DNA from: a virus
Lineage: Duplodnaviria; Caudoviricetes
Virus record (IMG/VR): IMGVR_UViG_3300037475_000049
Location: 1 to 61,990 of that record
Reading direction: 5' to 3' (one strand)
Length of the DNA stretch: 61,990 bases
Shown: positions 1-8,923 of the stretch, piece after piece
Position numbering within the stretch: the first letter of the stretch is position 1
Layout of the letters: each line of letters opens with the position of its first letter
Translations under genes and position numbers: made by a program
Notes under the pieces: generated by a model
What the model saw: the letters and a program-made list of their open reading frames with translations, nothing else
The model's database searches: none
What the model was told of the DNA's origin: nothing

Positions 1-127
1 TTGCCAGTCAGGAGGCGGCGTTTTGCGGTATTTGCGCGGTTCTGCGTAGTACGGAGTGAAGCAATAGCGCCAGCGCTCCTTTTCCTGCTTGCGAACACTC
101 TCTGTGAACTGATGCCACCAGTTTCCA
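1..127. repeat. 127-bp terminal direct repeat (left copy); circular-assembly overlap
   Basis: 1-127 identical to 61864-61990; the terminase reading frame continues across the join. Confidence 0.95.
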
Positions 128-927
128 CGGCCATTGGCGCGGGATTCGAGGATCAGAAGCGTGTTTACGTTCTGCGGGAAGGTGGGGAAAAAGTCGATTT
201 CGAGAGCGCCGGGGTTGGCATACTCAGAAAGCTCCGTGCAATGCCCAAAATCGAACTGCGAACCTTGACCGAGAGAGCCTTTTTTCGCGTCGATCATGTA
301 TCCGATCTTGGATTTGGTAGAAAACGAGAGATGCGCGTTCTTTTCCTGGTAAACGAGTGCTGGCTTCAGGAACCACGGCAGATTGTCATAGGCCAAGAGA
401 TCGCGTTCATAGACTTCCTGGATTTTTTGGTCATCGACGGAAACGCCGATGCAGCGGGAGTGCTGAATGAGCGTGGCGCGGTGCATCTGGAGACCGCGTG
501 AGAGCGCCGTGTACCAGACCTGACGGGCTTTATGGGCCGCGATCATGATGCCGTCTACTGTTTCGCCGCGTGCTTGCCTGTCGTACTGCTCCGCTTGGAT
601 CTTGCCGATGAGATCCAGCAGGATTAGCTGCGATGCCCCGAGCTTTAGCTTGCCGATGCCGCCGCCAACAACGCCGTCCATCGCTATCGTACAGTAGCGT
701 TCGGCCCAATATCTAAAATCCAACTGGCACATGATCTGTTCATTGACGACGAATGCCGATTCTTCCTTGGTAAGCGGCCTGCGGAGCGGTTGGCCTTCAG
801 CAAACCACAGCGGTTGGATGAGTTCAGTGAACTCCTCAGATCGTGCGTGGTCGTGGCGAACGAGAGTAAGCCCGGTTTTGGCTTCGATAGCTTCGATGTT
901 GGCTTGGATGACGGATTCAGCGTACAT
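1..927 (-). CDS. terL: Terminase large subunit, ATPase part (5' portion; continues at 61863..61570, 406 aa total)
   Basis: Manual translation from ATG 927: MYAESVIQ...HKARQVWYT (Walker A-like)...FDFGHCTE (Walker B-like)...LILESRANGRGNWWH; missed by the ORF track because it crosses the contig end. Confidence 0.88.
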   Translation of the reverse strand, partial: MYAESVIQANIEAIEAKTGLTLVRHDHARSEEFTELIQPLWFAEGQPLRRPLTKEESAFVVNEQIMCQLDFRYWAERYCTIAMDGVVGGGIGKLKLGASQLILLDLIGKIQAEQYDRQARGETVDGIMIAAHKARQVWYTALSRGLQMHRATLIQHSRCIGVSVDDQKIQEVYERDLLAYDNLPWFLKPALVYQEKNAHLSFSTKSKIGYMIDAKKGSLGQGSQFDFGHCTELSEYANPGALEIDFFPTFPQNVNTLLILESRANGRGNWWHQFTESVRKQEKERWRYCFTPYYAEPRKYRKTPPPDWQ

Positions 928-1159
928 CGTCAGCGGGGAGTGATTTGTATATTTCCAGAGTCAGCCATTCATGGAACGCTTGTCGGAAGCGCCCATAGTA
1001 CAACTCGCTCCATCTTTCTTCTGCGAATGGCGGGAAGAAAGTAAAGGCATCCGCTGGACCTTCCAACTTCCACCGAAGCATAGCATCAAAGAATTTATCT
1101 TCACCGATGTTGTTAACCACATCCAGGTAGGTGATAGTTTTGGACTCCAAAAGCATCAT
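917..1159 (-). CDS. Hypothetical protein
   Basis: 80 aa ORF overlapping neighbours at both ends. Confidence 0.6.
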   Translation of the reverse strand: MMLLESKTITYLDVVNNIGEDKFFDAMLRWKLEGPADAFTFFPPFAEERWSELYYGRFRQAFHEWLTLEIYKSLPADDVR

Positions 1160-1401
1160 TCCTCCACTGGCCTCTCTGCCTTCCCCATATTCTCCAGGTA
1201 CTCGCGCTTGAAATCTTCCTCTTCATCGGTGTAGAACACCTGCGGTTCTTCGCCTGCCGTGTCGGGCTTCTGTGCCTTCATGCGGATGCCGTAAGCCGCT
1301 TCCACGATAACCTCAAGGCAGTCCGCGATGCGTGACAGATCGCGCTGGATGCCCTTAAGGGCGGTAGCGGTGGGCTTCATGCGAGCTACCGAGATATTCA
1401 T
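1156..1401 (-). CDS. Hypothetical protein
   Basis: 81 aa, ATGA-coupled to neighbours. Confidence 0.6.
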   Translation of the reverse strand: MNISVARMKPTATALKGIQRDLSRIADCLEVIVEAAYGIRMKAQKPDTAGEEPQVFYTDEEEDFKREYLENMGKAERPVEE

Positions 1402-1589
1402 TTCTTGATCTTCAATACAACTCGCTGGGATTTCCCGGTGGTGAGATCGAAAGCGAACAGGATAAAACCACCATCCGACTCCATGAAACGATTCGCTGGA
1501 TGGATTGCTTCTTTGATGGCACTAAGACTGGCAGCGTCGATCTCTGCCGTTACAGGCTTCACTGATTCGATCTCCCATGGCTCAGCCAT
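1398..1589 (-). CDS. Hypothetical protein
   Basis: 63 aa in coupled operon. Confidence 0.5.
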   Translation of the reverse strand: MAEPWEIESVKPVTAEIDAASLSAIKEAIHPANRFMESDGGFILFAFDLTTGKSQRVVLKIKK

Positions 1590-1830
1590 TTTCCACTACC
1601 TTCCCCCTCCAGTGCGGCGCAATGAACTTGTGGAAAAACTTGCCCTTGGACTTCGCCGCCAGCAACCCTGCGTAAACCAGCGGTGAGCAGCGCCCATGGT
1701 AGGTCTTGCCATTCTGGAACGTAACCTTGAGCGTAGTGCCTTCGTGCTCGACTTCCCTGAGATGGGAAGACTTGACCTTCACTTCGCAGGTTCCAGCAAA
1801 TAGACGATACAAGCGCCGACGAAAGCGCAC
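1582..1830 (-). CDS. KTSC-domain protein (true start probably near 1782)
   Basis: VKSSHL..V......LKVTFQNGKTY......VYAGLLAAKSKGKFFHKFI fits the KTSC pattern. Confidence 0.75.
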   Translation of the reverse strand: MRFRRRLYRLFAGTCEVKVKSSHLREVEHEGTTLKVTFQNGKTYHGRCSPLVYAGLLAAKSKGKFFHKFIAPHWRGKVVENG

Positions 1831-1876
1831 GCGATCCCAAATCCTAATAGCATAAAAGTTCCCTCCGTTCTCTCTG

Positions 1877-2515
1877 TCACTTTTGTACTAACAACTTCTG
1901 CGTCATGGCAATGGTCGCCTCAATCGAGCTAGGCTGGCCGAAGTTCTGTTGGATCGCCACACTCGGCCCTTTCTTGCCCGTCATCTCCAGCGACTCGAAG
2001 ACCAGTTCACGTGCCAACTTGTCCCCGGGGACGCGCACTTCCTTCTCGCCTTTGCAGACAGGGCAGCGGCGGGTAGGGGGTGGCGCATCCTCTCGCTTCT
2101 CCGCACTCAGGTCCTCGATTACGCCGTAGCCGTCGCAGCGGGGGCAGGAAGCCATCTTAGACTTGGCGTCGATAGCCACGTCCTCAAATACCTGCGGGAT
2201 GTGCTGCGACATCCGCATGACGCCAGCAATGCGCTGATAGTTGGAATAGAGATCCTGAAGCTGGTTCAGCGTCACTTCGGCCTTCATGCAAGCTGAAAGA
2301 AACTTGAGCGGTCGCGGCTGGAGCAGGTAGCCGAGCAGCGCCTTCATCTGGGCGTTGTCGGACCATTTGAGGGCGTTCAAAACTTCGTCCTTGCCAGCGG
2401 CTTCGAGGAACTCCTCGACGGGGACGGGGAGGCGTTCTTTAGGCACTAATCGGCACCCTCCCGGCATTCCCATGAGGAGTCTATGTACTGATTGACCGCC
2501 CAGTTGCAAACCCAC
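1877..2515 (-). CDS. Zn-finger protein, candidate terminase small subunit (start uncertain)
   Basis: CPRCDGYG...CPVCKG DnaJ-type Cys motifs; located upstream of terL in the same operon. Confidence 0.45.
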   Translation of the reverse strand: MGLQLGGQSVHRLLMGMPGGCRLVPKERLPVPVEEFLEAAGKDEVLNALKWSDNAQMKALLGYLLQPRPLKFLSACMKAEVTLNQLQDLYSNYQRIAGVMRMSQHIPQVFEDVAIDAKSKMASCPRCDGYGVIEDLSAEKREDAPPPTRRCPVCKGEKEVRVPGDKLARELVFESLEMTGKKGPSVAIQQNFGQPSSIEATIAMTQKLLVQK

Positions 2516-2546
2516 TCATCAAGAGCGCGAATATAATTTCCAACGC

Positions 2547-2858
2547 TCACAGTACATCCCTCCCCTGAATCACGGACTCATGGCGTTCCAAGGGAAGTAC
2601 CTTGACACTAGTCGCATCCATGGAGATCCAGGTGTCGCCGTTGAGCGCCCCGGTTTCCTCGATCAGCGCCAGTACGTCAGCCCTCATTTCCTTCTTGTTG
2701 AATTGCGCCATAGCGCCCATTGCCCGCAGATCGGACAGTTTCAATTGCACGCCCTGTTCCTCCAGAAAGACTTTAGCGGCGGTATCGACACACATTTCCT
2801 CAGAGGCTCTGAGCCCCCGTGACAGTAAGAATTGAATGGCATAGGTTTCGATGTTCAT
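2547..2858 (-). CDS. Hypothetical protein
   Basis: 103 aa ORF, ATG start. Confidence 0.55.
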   Translation of the reverse strand: MNIETYAIQFLLSRGLRASEEMCVDTAAKVFLEEQGVQLKLSDLRAMGAMAQFNKKEMRADVLALIEETGALNGDTWISMDATSVKVLPLERHESVIQGRDVL

Positions 2859-2888
2859 AATGCGCCCTGATGCAAGCCAAATTCCAAT

Positions 2889-3239
2889 TCACTTAGCCAC
2901 CATAGTAACGCCTTCTATTAGCTTTATGGCTTTAGCCAAGCACTCATGGCAAATAGAGGCTGTTGCGCTCTCATAGTCTGGTTCTTGCCCTAGCCTTACT
3001 ACCTCTCCTACTTCAGAACCACAGGCATCGCAAGTTACCCTCGTCCACGAGGTATTTCCTATAATTGCCTCGACCTCTTCAGGACTGGCTTGTTCAGGGT
3101 CTAGCTCCTTGAGTTTGGCAAGGATTGTCTGCTTATCCGCTCCGTAGAGCTTCACGTATACATCTTCGGGACGGTATTGCGCTTCCCAGCGCTTTACTAC
3201 GCTACGGATCAACGTGCGAGTTGTGATTAGCTCAATCAT
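2889..3239 (-). CDS. Hypothetical protein with two CxxC motifs
   Basis: CDAC...CHEC; first full gene after the attenuator. Confidence 0.65.
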   Translation of the reverse strand: MIELITTRTLIRSVVKRWEAQYRPEDVYVKLYGADKQTILAKLKELDPEQASPEEVEAIIGNTSWTRVTCDACGSEVGEVVRLGQEPDYESATASICHECLAKAIKLIEGVTMVAK

Positions 3240-3307
3240 GCAAAAAAGGGGCGGCGAGGAAATGGCATCGCGCCGCCCTGGTCACAAATCGGAGGATCGT
3301 CAGACAC
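3236..3307 (-). CDS. Putative 23-aa leader peptide MSDDPPICDQGGAMPFPRRPFFA
   Basis: GTG 6 nt after a -10 box; runs through the terminator hairpin; its stop overlaps the ATG of 2889..3239 (ATGA). Confidence 0.45.
   Translation of the reverse strand: MSDDPPICDQGGAMPFPRRPFFA
3242..3279 (-). terminator. Intrinsic terminator / attenuator
   Basis: Minus strand GGGCGGCG...CGCCGCCC followed by CTTTTTT. Confidence 0.75.
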
Positions 3308-3313
3308 GAAGAT

Positions 3314-3342
3314 AGCTTATGCTAAGGGGTTAGCAAAGGCAA
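3314..3342 (-). promoter_or_regulatory. Sigma70-type promoter with palindromic operator in spacer
   Basis: TTGCCT-17-TAAGCT; TGCTAA-N4-TTAGCA palindrome at 3320-3335. Confidence 0.6.
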
Positions 3343-3370
3343 GAAGAAAATCTAAAATAGCCGAAAGATA

Positions 3371-3407
3371 ATTCGCCCCGGCACTCGGAGGAGATACCGG
3401 GGCGAAT
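3371..3407. repeat. 11-bp perfect inverted repeat between divergent promoters
   Basis: ATTCGCCCCGG...CCGGGGCGAAT. Confidence 0.8.
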
Positions 3408-3440
3408 GCCATAGTTAGTGGCGAGCATTGTGAAGTGCTG

Positions 3441-3470
3441 TTGACAAGATATCCCGAATCATGGCACGAT
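3441..3470 (+). promoter_or_regulatory. Sigma70-type promoter
   Basis: TTGACA-18-(TG)CACGAT; GTG start 7 nt downstream at 3478. Confidence 0.45.
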
Positions 3471-3733
3471 TGCAACCGTGAAGTGCATAACCCTCTCACA
3501 ATGGTTCAAAGAAGCCCCGATGGGGAAGCTGGAGAAGTTCTGCGCGGCTTATGACAGGCTGTGGAGGAAAGTGTGACAGTCGAAGTATTCACCGAAATGC
3601 TTTCTGCGGAACATGAAGAGGCCGTTCTCGCCGAGCGGGAGCGCTGCGCCAAGATCGCGGAGCGCCACGTATGGGCTTTGGATGGTCCCGGCGAAGGCCC
3701 TGCTAAGATTGCCGCAGCGATCAGGAGGGGTGA

Positions 3734-3946
3734 GTGACTAGACGCTGCTATAAATGCGGCGCGGAGATTACGATTTACCGTGGCTCCCAATACACCAGAT
3801 ACCACGAGCATACAAAGACTTGCAAAGGACTGGTCATTTCAAGGGTCGGGCAGCAAGAGGAGGCATGTAACTGTGCCCTCTGGGGACAGCGCCCACGGGC
3901 AGAACATGCGCAAGATTGCCCAGCGAGGACTTACCATGAAGCCTAA
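3734..3946 (+). CDS. Small Cys/His-rich hypothetical protein
   Basis: 70 aa, AGGAGG upstream. Confidence 0.45.
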   Translation: MTRRCYKCGAEITIYRGSQYTRYHEHTKTCKGLVISRVGQQEEACNCALWGQRPRAEHAQDCPARTYHEA

Positions 3947-4854
3947 GTTCTGCTACCAGCCTGACGTGTTGGAGCGTTCGCAGAAGCGAGCGGCAAAGAC
4001 GCTCTCCCGTTCTAACCGGGATCGAGCGCTGGCAGCGCGGTACGGGTTCTACGTCCCGAAGCGGAAGAAGGCGGAGGCTGGGAAGTAGTGCGGCGCTTCG
4101 TTCCGAAGTTCCATGGTGGTCCCGAAGTAAAACTACCAAGATCCAAGGATAAGAGTGGCCTTCGGCAATCCGAAAAACTCAAGCATGGCCCGGTTCTCCA
4201 GGTCGTAAAAGACGGCCAAATCATTCTCAACAAAAGATTCCGCAGAGCGTTGAAAAACGCCACGGTAACAGCATTAAGCCCAAAGCCTAGCGTGAGCGCC
4301 AGCGCAACACCGCAAAAGCTTCTTGGCCGGGGAGGCGTCCCCGCTAAAACAGAACCACCCACCCGCGAGAATCGGCTGAGCGAAGGCGCAAGTCCTGCGT
4401 ATTGGGATACTGCGCCCTCCAGACCCACCGAGGAGCGGACACCTGGGCGCGACCGTGGCTTACACTAAGCGACGACGGTAGCTGGGGAACGTGTAGTCTC
4501 TATGCCAGTGGGGAAACCTACGGATGGGGCTATAAGTGTGTCTTTTCCTTGCTGCCGCAGGCGCTTCTAACTCTCCCAAATGCCAAGGCTCCTCAGTTTT
4601 TATTTTTTAGAAAAACGTGGCAAGTCAAACCCGCCAACGCCGGGTGGCCTACCCACCCTCGTGACAATGATCCAGCCTAATCAATCGCACCTGGAGCGCT
4701 GTGATCGCAGCAAAGGCAGCTATAACACACTGCGATGGAAGCACTAAAGTAGCAGGCTTGGTTGCGTTACGCTCGCAAGTGATTGATAACAATAGCTACT
4801 TCCGATAATAGCTAGTATGTAAACTAATGGACTATGTGGTTGACAATACGGGAG

Positions 4855-5157
4855 TTAGCTGCGCTTGTAGCCTGCGCCTGCACGAAAACCTTGCTCCCAT
4901 ATGGCACGCGCTAGCTTGTTACGCTCCACGCGATCCATGCTAAGCATCGGGTTGTCGGGATGCCACCGACGCATCACGCGAAGGGTGGCTGGGAGTGATC
5001 TAGCCCAAGCTGGGAGTTGAGCACGTAGAGCGGCGCTTTTGAGGCCGCCGCGACGTGAAATCTCCCTAAAGTCTGGCCGAGTATGCACGAGGGGTGCTGG
5101 GCGCACCCACTTATTATGAGCTACTGGATACTGAAGCGGTGTTGAAGCGGTGCTCAC
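4855..5157 (-). CDS. Basic hypothetical protein
   Basis: 100 aa; extended -10 TGCTATACT 7 nt upstream of GTG. Confidence 0.55.
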   Translation of the reverse strand: MSTASTPLQYPVAHNKWVRPAPLVHTRPDFREISRRGGLKSAALRAQLPAWARSLPATLRVMRRWHPDNPMLSMDRVERNKLARAIWEQGFRAGAGYKRS

Positions 5158-5231
5158 GGAGAGAAGTATAGCACTCTAGTGTGTTAGTGGAATAGTGGCA
5201 CGTGAAACCACAACATGTGGGATTGCAACAC

Positions 5232-5245
5232 CACTACATCTTGTG
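5232..5245. promoter_or_regulatory. Single NrdR-box-like operator next to the -35 of promoter TTGTTA-17-TATCAT (5248-5276)
   Basis: CACTACATCTTGTG matches CACWANATNTWGTG. Confidence 0.5.
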
Positions 5246-5424
5246 GCTTGTTATTCATCATCATCAGCATTATCATCAACCATGCTCGAAACGACAAACG
5301 CAAGCGAAACGCTCTGCGAACGCTGTAAACAGCAAGAGGCAGAGTCAACCTATCGTGGCCAAGCCCTTTGTCCCAACTGTTATCAACGGACATGCGTTGA
5401 TTACAACGTGGATCTTGATTAGTC

Positions 5425-5691
5425 ATGGAGGCAAGGCAAATGACACTGGAAGCGTTGAAAACGTTGATGGAAAGTGGTGAGTTTCACCATGCCACATATC
5501 GCTGCATGAATAGCCTCTGGGAAGGCTTATGGATTTATCGGCGCTGTGAGACTGGCTTTCGTGGCTTTGAGCCAGCGGGATGTTTCTATAAGGCATCGCC
5601 TGATCTAGACGCAGCGTATGCGGTGGTAGCTGGTACTGGCTGCGGCTGTAGTTCCCAGCTAGGCCAGTACCTCCGCAGGGGGACAGCCTAA
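5425..5691 (+). CDS. Hypothetical early protein
   Basis: 88 aa in a run of small + strand ORFs. Confidence 0.55.
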   Translation: MEARQMTLEALKTLMESGEFHHATYRCMNSLWEGLWIYRRCETGFRGFEPAGCFYKASPDLDAAYAVVAGTGCGCSSQLGQYLRRGTA

Positions 5692-5707
5692 CCACCGAGG
5701 AGAGCAA

Positions 5708-5899
5708 ATGACAGCGACAAAACGTAAAGATAGGCCGAAGTGCATAGGGCGAACAAAGGGTGATTTTCGCGGCAGTTATCCATGCGCGTTGTATGCGATG
5801 GAAGGGTCGGATTATTGCCGCTACCACGATTGGAAGATGCTAGACAAAAAAGAAGAAGCTCGATTGGCGAAGGCTAAGCAGGAGGTGCAGCATGTCTAG
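5708..5899 (+). CDS. Small CCCH Zn-finger-like protein
   Basis: KCIGRTK...PC...A..GSDYCRYH; GAGGAG RBS. Confidence 0.55.
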   Translation: MTATKRKDRPKCIGRTKGDFRGSYPCALYAMEGSDYCRYHDWKMLDKKEEARLAKAKQEVQHV

Positions 5900-6095
5900 G
5901 GCTATAGTGATAACCGTTAATCAAGCCAAAGCGCTGATCGCGCTGAAGGCTGTCGGATGCGCCTCCGCTACTGATTTTGATCGGAACACCTTGGAGCAAT
6001 GCGTTCGACATGGATGGGTAACCAAGAATCAGAACGGCCATGCTGTAACCTACGCCATTAACGTATCCGGGTTGGCGATTCTGAGGTCGCTTTAG
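5892..6095 (+). CDS. Hypothetical protein, possibly winged helix
   Basis: 67 aa, GGAGG RBS. Confidence 0.5.
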   Translation: MSRAIVITVNQAKALIALKAVGCASATDFDRNTLEQCVRHGWVTKNQNGHAVTYAINVSGLAILRSL

Positions 6096-6099
6096 GCTT

Positions 6100-6297
6100 A
6101 TGACCACCACAACCTCCGCACCCCTCCGCTGCCTCCGCTGCGGCCACCAGTGGCAGCGCCGCAAAGCGGGCGAAGCTCGCGTCCAAGCGTGTCCGAATTG
6201 CAATAGCCGCAAGTGGGATGCTTGCGCACGCAAAGATTGCCCTGGCGTACTAATTTGCGATGAAGAGAAATGCCCACTGAGCGGAGTGTCTATATGA
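6100..6297 (+). CDS. Zn-ribbon protein
   Basis: CLRCGHQW...CPNCNSRKW. Confidence 0.6.
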   Translation: MTTTTSAPLRCLRCGHQWQRRKAGEARVQACPNCNSRKWDACARKDCPGVLICDEEKCPLSGVSI

Positions 6298-6530
6298 CAA
6301 AATATGCCGGATGGAGAACGATGACAGCGGCGCAAAGGAGTAATGCCAAGCGCGACCGCGTTTGGGAGGAATACAAGCGTCTGGAGCGCGAAAAGTATAT
6401 GATATGCCCACGATGCGAACTGAAATGCGAGGTTGGGGACCATAAACTCTTACAGAGTTGCATCCGCGCCCTCAAGGGAGAAGTTATCCGCTTAAGACAG
6501 CAAATGAAAGAAAACAAGGAGAATGTATGA
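6294..6530 (+). CDS. Hypothetical protein
   Basis: ATGA-coupled; CPRC motif. Confidence 0.5.
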   Translation: MTKYAGWRTMTAAQRSNAKRDRVWEEYKRLEREKYMICPRCELKCEVGDHKLLQSCIRALKGEVIRLRQQMKENKENV

Positions 6531-6712
6531 AACGCTTTAGTGATCTTGCGCAAGGCTTCGAGTGGATGAAGCAGAACGCCATTGGTGATTGCACGTTTAT
6601 GACTTATCACGGCCCTGCGTTCCATCGCGTGTTCGTTTACATCGCCTCTGGCCGCTCCATTGAGTTCTCGGTTCGGCGTGATTTTGCAGTCCTTGATGGG
6701 CGAAATGTATGA
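6527..6712 (+). CDS. Hypothetical protein
   Basis: ATGA-coupled, AGGAG RBS. Confidence 0.45.
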   Translation: MKRFSDLAQGFEWMKQNAIGDCTFMTYHGPAFHRVFVYIASGRSIEFSVRRDFAVLDGRNV

Positions 6713-6903
6713 GGATCATGTGCTACTTGCTCTATAACGGCTTGGGTACTAAAGATCCAGACCCAAAGTGCCCCGTCTGTAGCGAAAAGCTCCGCTTCTC
6801 TGAATGCCTGCCTGTTCGTATCGGGACCGATTATGAGATGGTTTCGTATTGCTGGTGCCCAGTATGTTTCGCAACTGAAAACGCGAGGGCCTTAACTCAA
6901 TGA
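6709..6903 (+). CDS. Small Zn-finger protein
   Basis: CPVC...CPVC. Confidence 0.5.
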   Translation: MRIMCYLLYNGLGTKDPDPKCPVCSEKLRFSECLPVRIGTDYEMVSYCWCPVCFATENARALTQ

Positions 6904-6981
6904 ACAACTCCCGCTTCACTGCCCTCATTCTCGCCGCTGCCATCGGCGCTATGATTAGCTTACTTCTGTCTAAATAACAAC

Positions 6982-7197
6982 ATGGGAGGAATTGTGAAAG
7001 TAACTAATGAAGTTAACTGGAAACCAATCAGCACCGCGCCAGAAGGTGTTGTAGTGCGAACGAAGATTGACGACTCAGACGGCGCCCGCAATGATCAGAA
7101 CCTCAAGCGATTTAATGTTCTCTGGTACTTCCCTGATGGCTCGATGTATGTCTATTACACGCCGACCCATTGGGCTGACTTACATGAGGGCGCGTGA
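6982..7197 (+). CDS. DUF551-like small phage protein
   Basis: WKPISTAP...YYTPTHW. Confidence 0.6.
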   Translation: MGGIVKVTNEVNWKPISTAPEGVVVRTKIDDSDGARNDQNLKRFNVLWYFPDGSMYVYYTPTHWADLHEGA

Positions 7198-7297
7198 ACA
7201 CCCTCATTTGGGCGCTTCTCTTCGCCCTCTGGATATGCTGCGCCGCGCTCCTGGAGCCACTAGCCAATTGGTGGTGGAAACGCAGGGGGCGGAAACT

Positions 7298-7597
7298 GTG
7301 AGTAAGCATACCCCGGGACCATGGCGATTAGTGAATACTTCGAGCGGTAACCCCATTCTAATCTATGCGGAAAATGGCAAGTATTTAGCCCTTTCGCATC
7401 ATGGAGGAAATGTAGGATGGAAGCCAATTACGGACCTCGATGAAGCTAAGGCCAATGCTAGATTGATGGCCGCAGCACCGGAATTGCTGGAGGCCTTGAA
7501 AGCGTTTCTCGAAGACACGCTAGCGCCCGTAAACACGCTTGCTATGATGCGAGCCGAAGCGATTATTGCGAAAGCAGAAGGAGCCGAGAAACTGTGA
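7298..7597 (+). CDS. Phage protein of the HTPGPW...ANARLIAAAPELL family
   Basis: KHTPGPW...ANARLMAAAPELLEAL. Confidence 0.7.
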   Translation: MSKHTPGPWRLVNTSSGNPILIYAENGKYLALSHHGGNVGWKPITDLDEAKANARLMAAAPELLEALKAFLEDTLAPVNTLAMMRAEAIIAKAEGAEKL

Positions 7598-8244
7598 GAA
7601 TCGCGTTATACGCAATCGCCCCCCTGTGGCTGGTAGTTGGCGGCTTCGCATGGTCGCTGCTTCGCTGTGGATCGCGGAAACCACCAAGAAACGAGTTTTA
7701 AATTGCTACAAGCTAGCCCACTCGTGGATTGGTTCAACTAGCACAAATACAAAAGACAACACTGCTTCTCTGGGATCTTAGTAACCACTGATCCCAGTGC
7801 GCTCCACTCCGCGTCCCGTTACTAAAGAACTAGCTATCCGCAAGTGCTGGCTTCCCCCATCCCACTTAGGAGTTGCCTCAAGCTCTTTGGCCTGCGTCTG
7901 CACCGCAGGCGGCCCCGCTCAAGCTGAATCAGCCCTGGGTTCCCTGCGTGCTTCTAGTCCAACTGAGGAGCGCGTTTCGCTTGGTCCACTTGCCTTCTGT
8001 CCTGGGGACGCTCCACCGGGGGAAGGATCTCCATACCCCGGCCCTATCTGCAATTTGGCCAGTGATCATGGTTATCCTCGTTTGATTTAAGAGTGCGTAT
8101 TGTTGAGAGGTTCCCATTGACAAAATGGGGCTGGGTCAATGGTTCCAGCCCCGATCCGTAGCTAATATCCCCTGGCCAGGGGAACTACAATCAGCTACGG
8201 TTATGCTACTACTTCAGACACTCCATTTGCAACCGTGATTCATT

Positions 8245-8637
8245 TTATTTTGGAGATTCAAGCCAGCCCATCTCAGTCACACACTTCTTGCAATTCGTTA
8301 GCTTGCGAGCCTGCGCCGGGTCCATGATCGGGCTCGTATACTTTGAAGTGACTGGGATCTTCTTCCCGCAAACCGTGAGGCCGCCACGCGCCCGCAAATG
8401 GTTAATCAGCACCATTTCGGCTTTGCCTTCGATGTAACGCTTCACGGTCTTTCCCCACAGGCTAGCGACTGCTCCCTCTTCGAGTAGCCGAGCCTTGCGA
8501 AACTCAATCGATTCCCTGTTAGCAACGTCCTGAATACAAAGGCACTCTAACCCTTCGTACGGTTTATCGCATCGCTTACACACGACAACGCCAGATCCTT
8601 CGGGGAACGGAAACGTCTCGCCAAATTCAAATGCCAT
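8245..8637 (-). CDS. Cys-rich hypothetical protein
   Basis: 130 aa; GGAG RBS; last gene of leftward operon. Confidence 0.55.
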   Translation of the reverse strand: MAFEFGETFPFPEGSGVVVCKRCDKPYEGLECLCIQDVANRESIEFRKARLLEEGAVASLWGKTVKRYIEGKAEMVLINHLRARGGLTVCGKKIPVTSKYTSPIMDPAQARKLTNCKKCVTEMGWLESPK

Positions 8638-8923
8638 TCTTCAACTCCTTCTCATATGCTGCCAATAAATACGCCGTCGCGCTGCCGTAGCCACCTCTGG
8701 GCTCCCGACGCATCTGAATGCGAAAGTATACACTCGCAAACACTCTCCCCGCGTTCTGTGACGTTGCCTGATTCCGGACGGCTCTATCTATCGCCCAGCC
8801 TAGAACGTCGTCAGGTAGATTGCGTAAACCACCCGCAAGAGCCCCTCTAATAAACCCTTCCTTGTAGGCTAAACAGGCGGGATTCGGAAAGTCTGGATCA
8901 AAAACCTCTTGGGGTGTGGTCAC
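8627..8923 (-). CDS. Hypothetical protein
   Basis: 98 aa, GTGA-coupled to rusA. Confidence 0.5.
   Translation of the reverse strand: MTTPQEVFDPDFPNPACLAYKEGFIRGALAGGLRNLPDDVLGWAIDRAVRNQATSQNAGRVFASVYFRIQMRREPRGGYGSATAYLLAAYEKELKNGI

Noticed and set aside
1-501. + strand 166-aa ORF and other + ORFs up to 1234
   Set aside because: Antisense shadows of terL and its upstream genes
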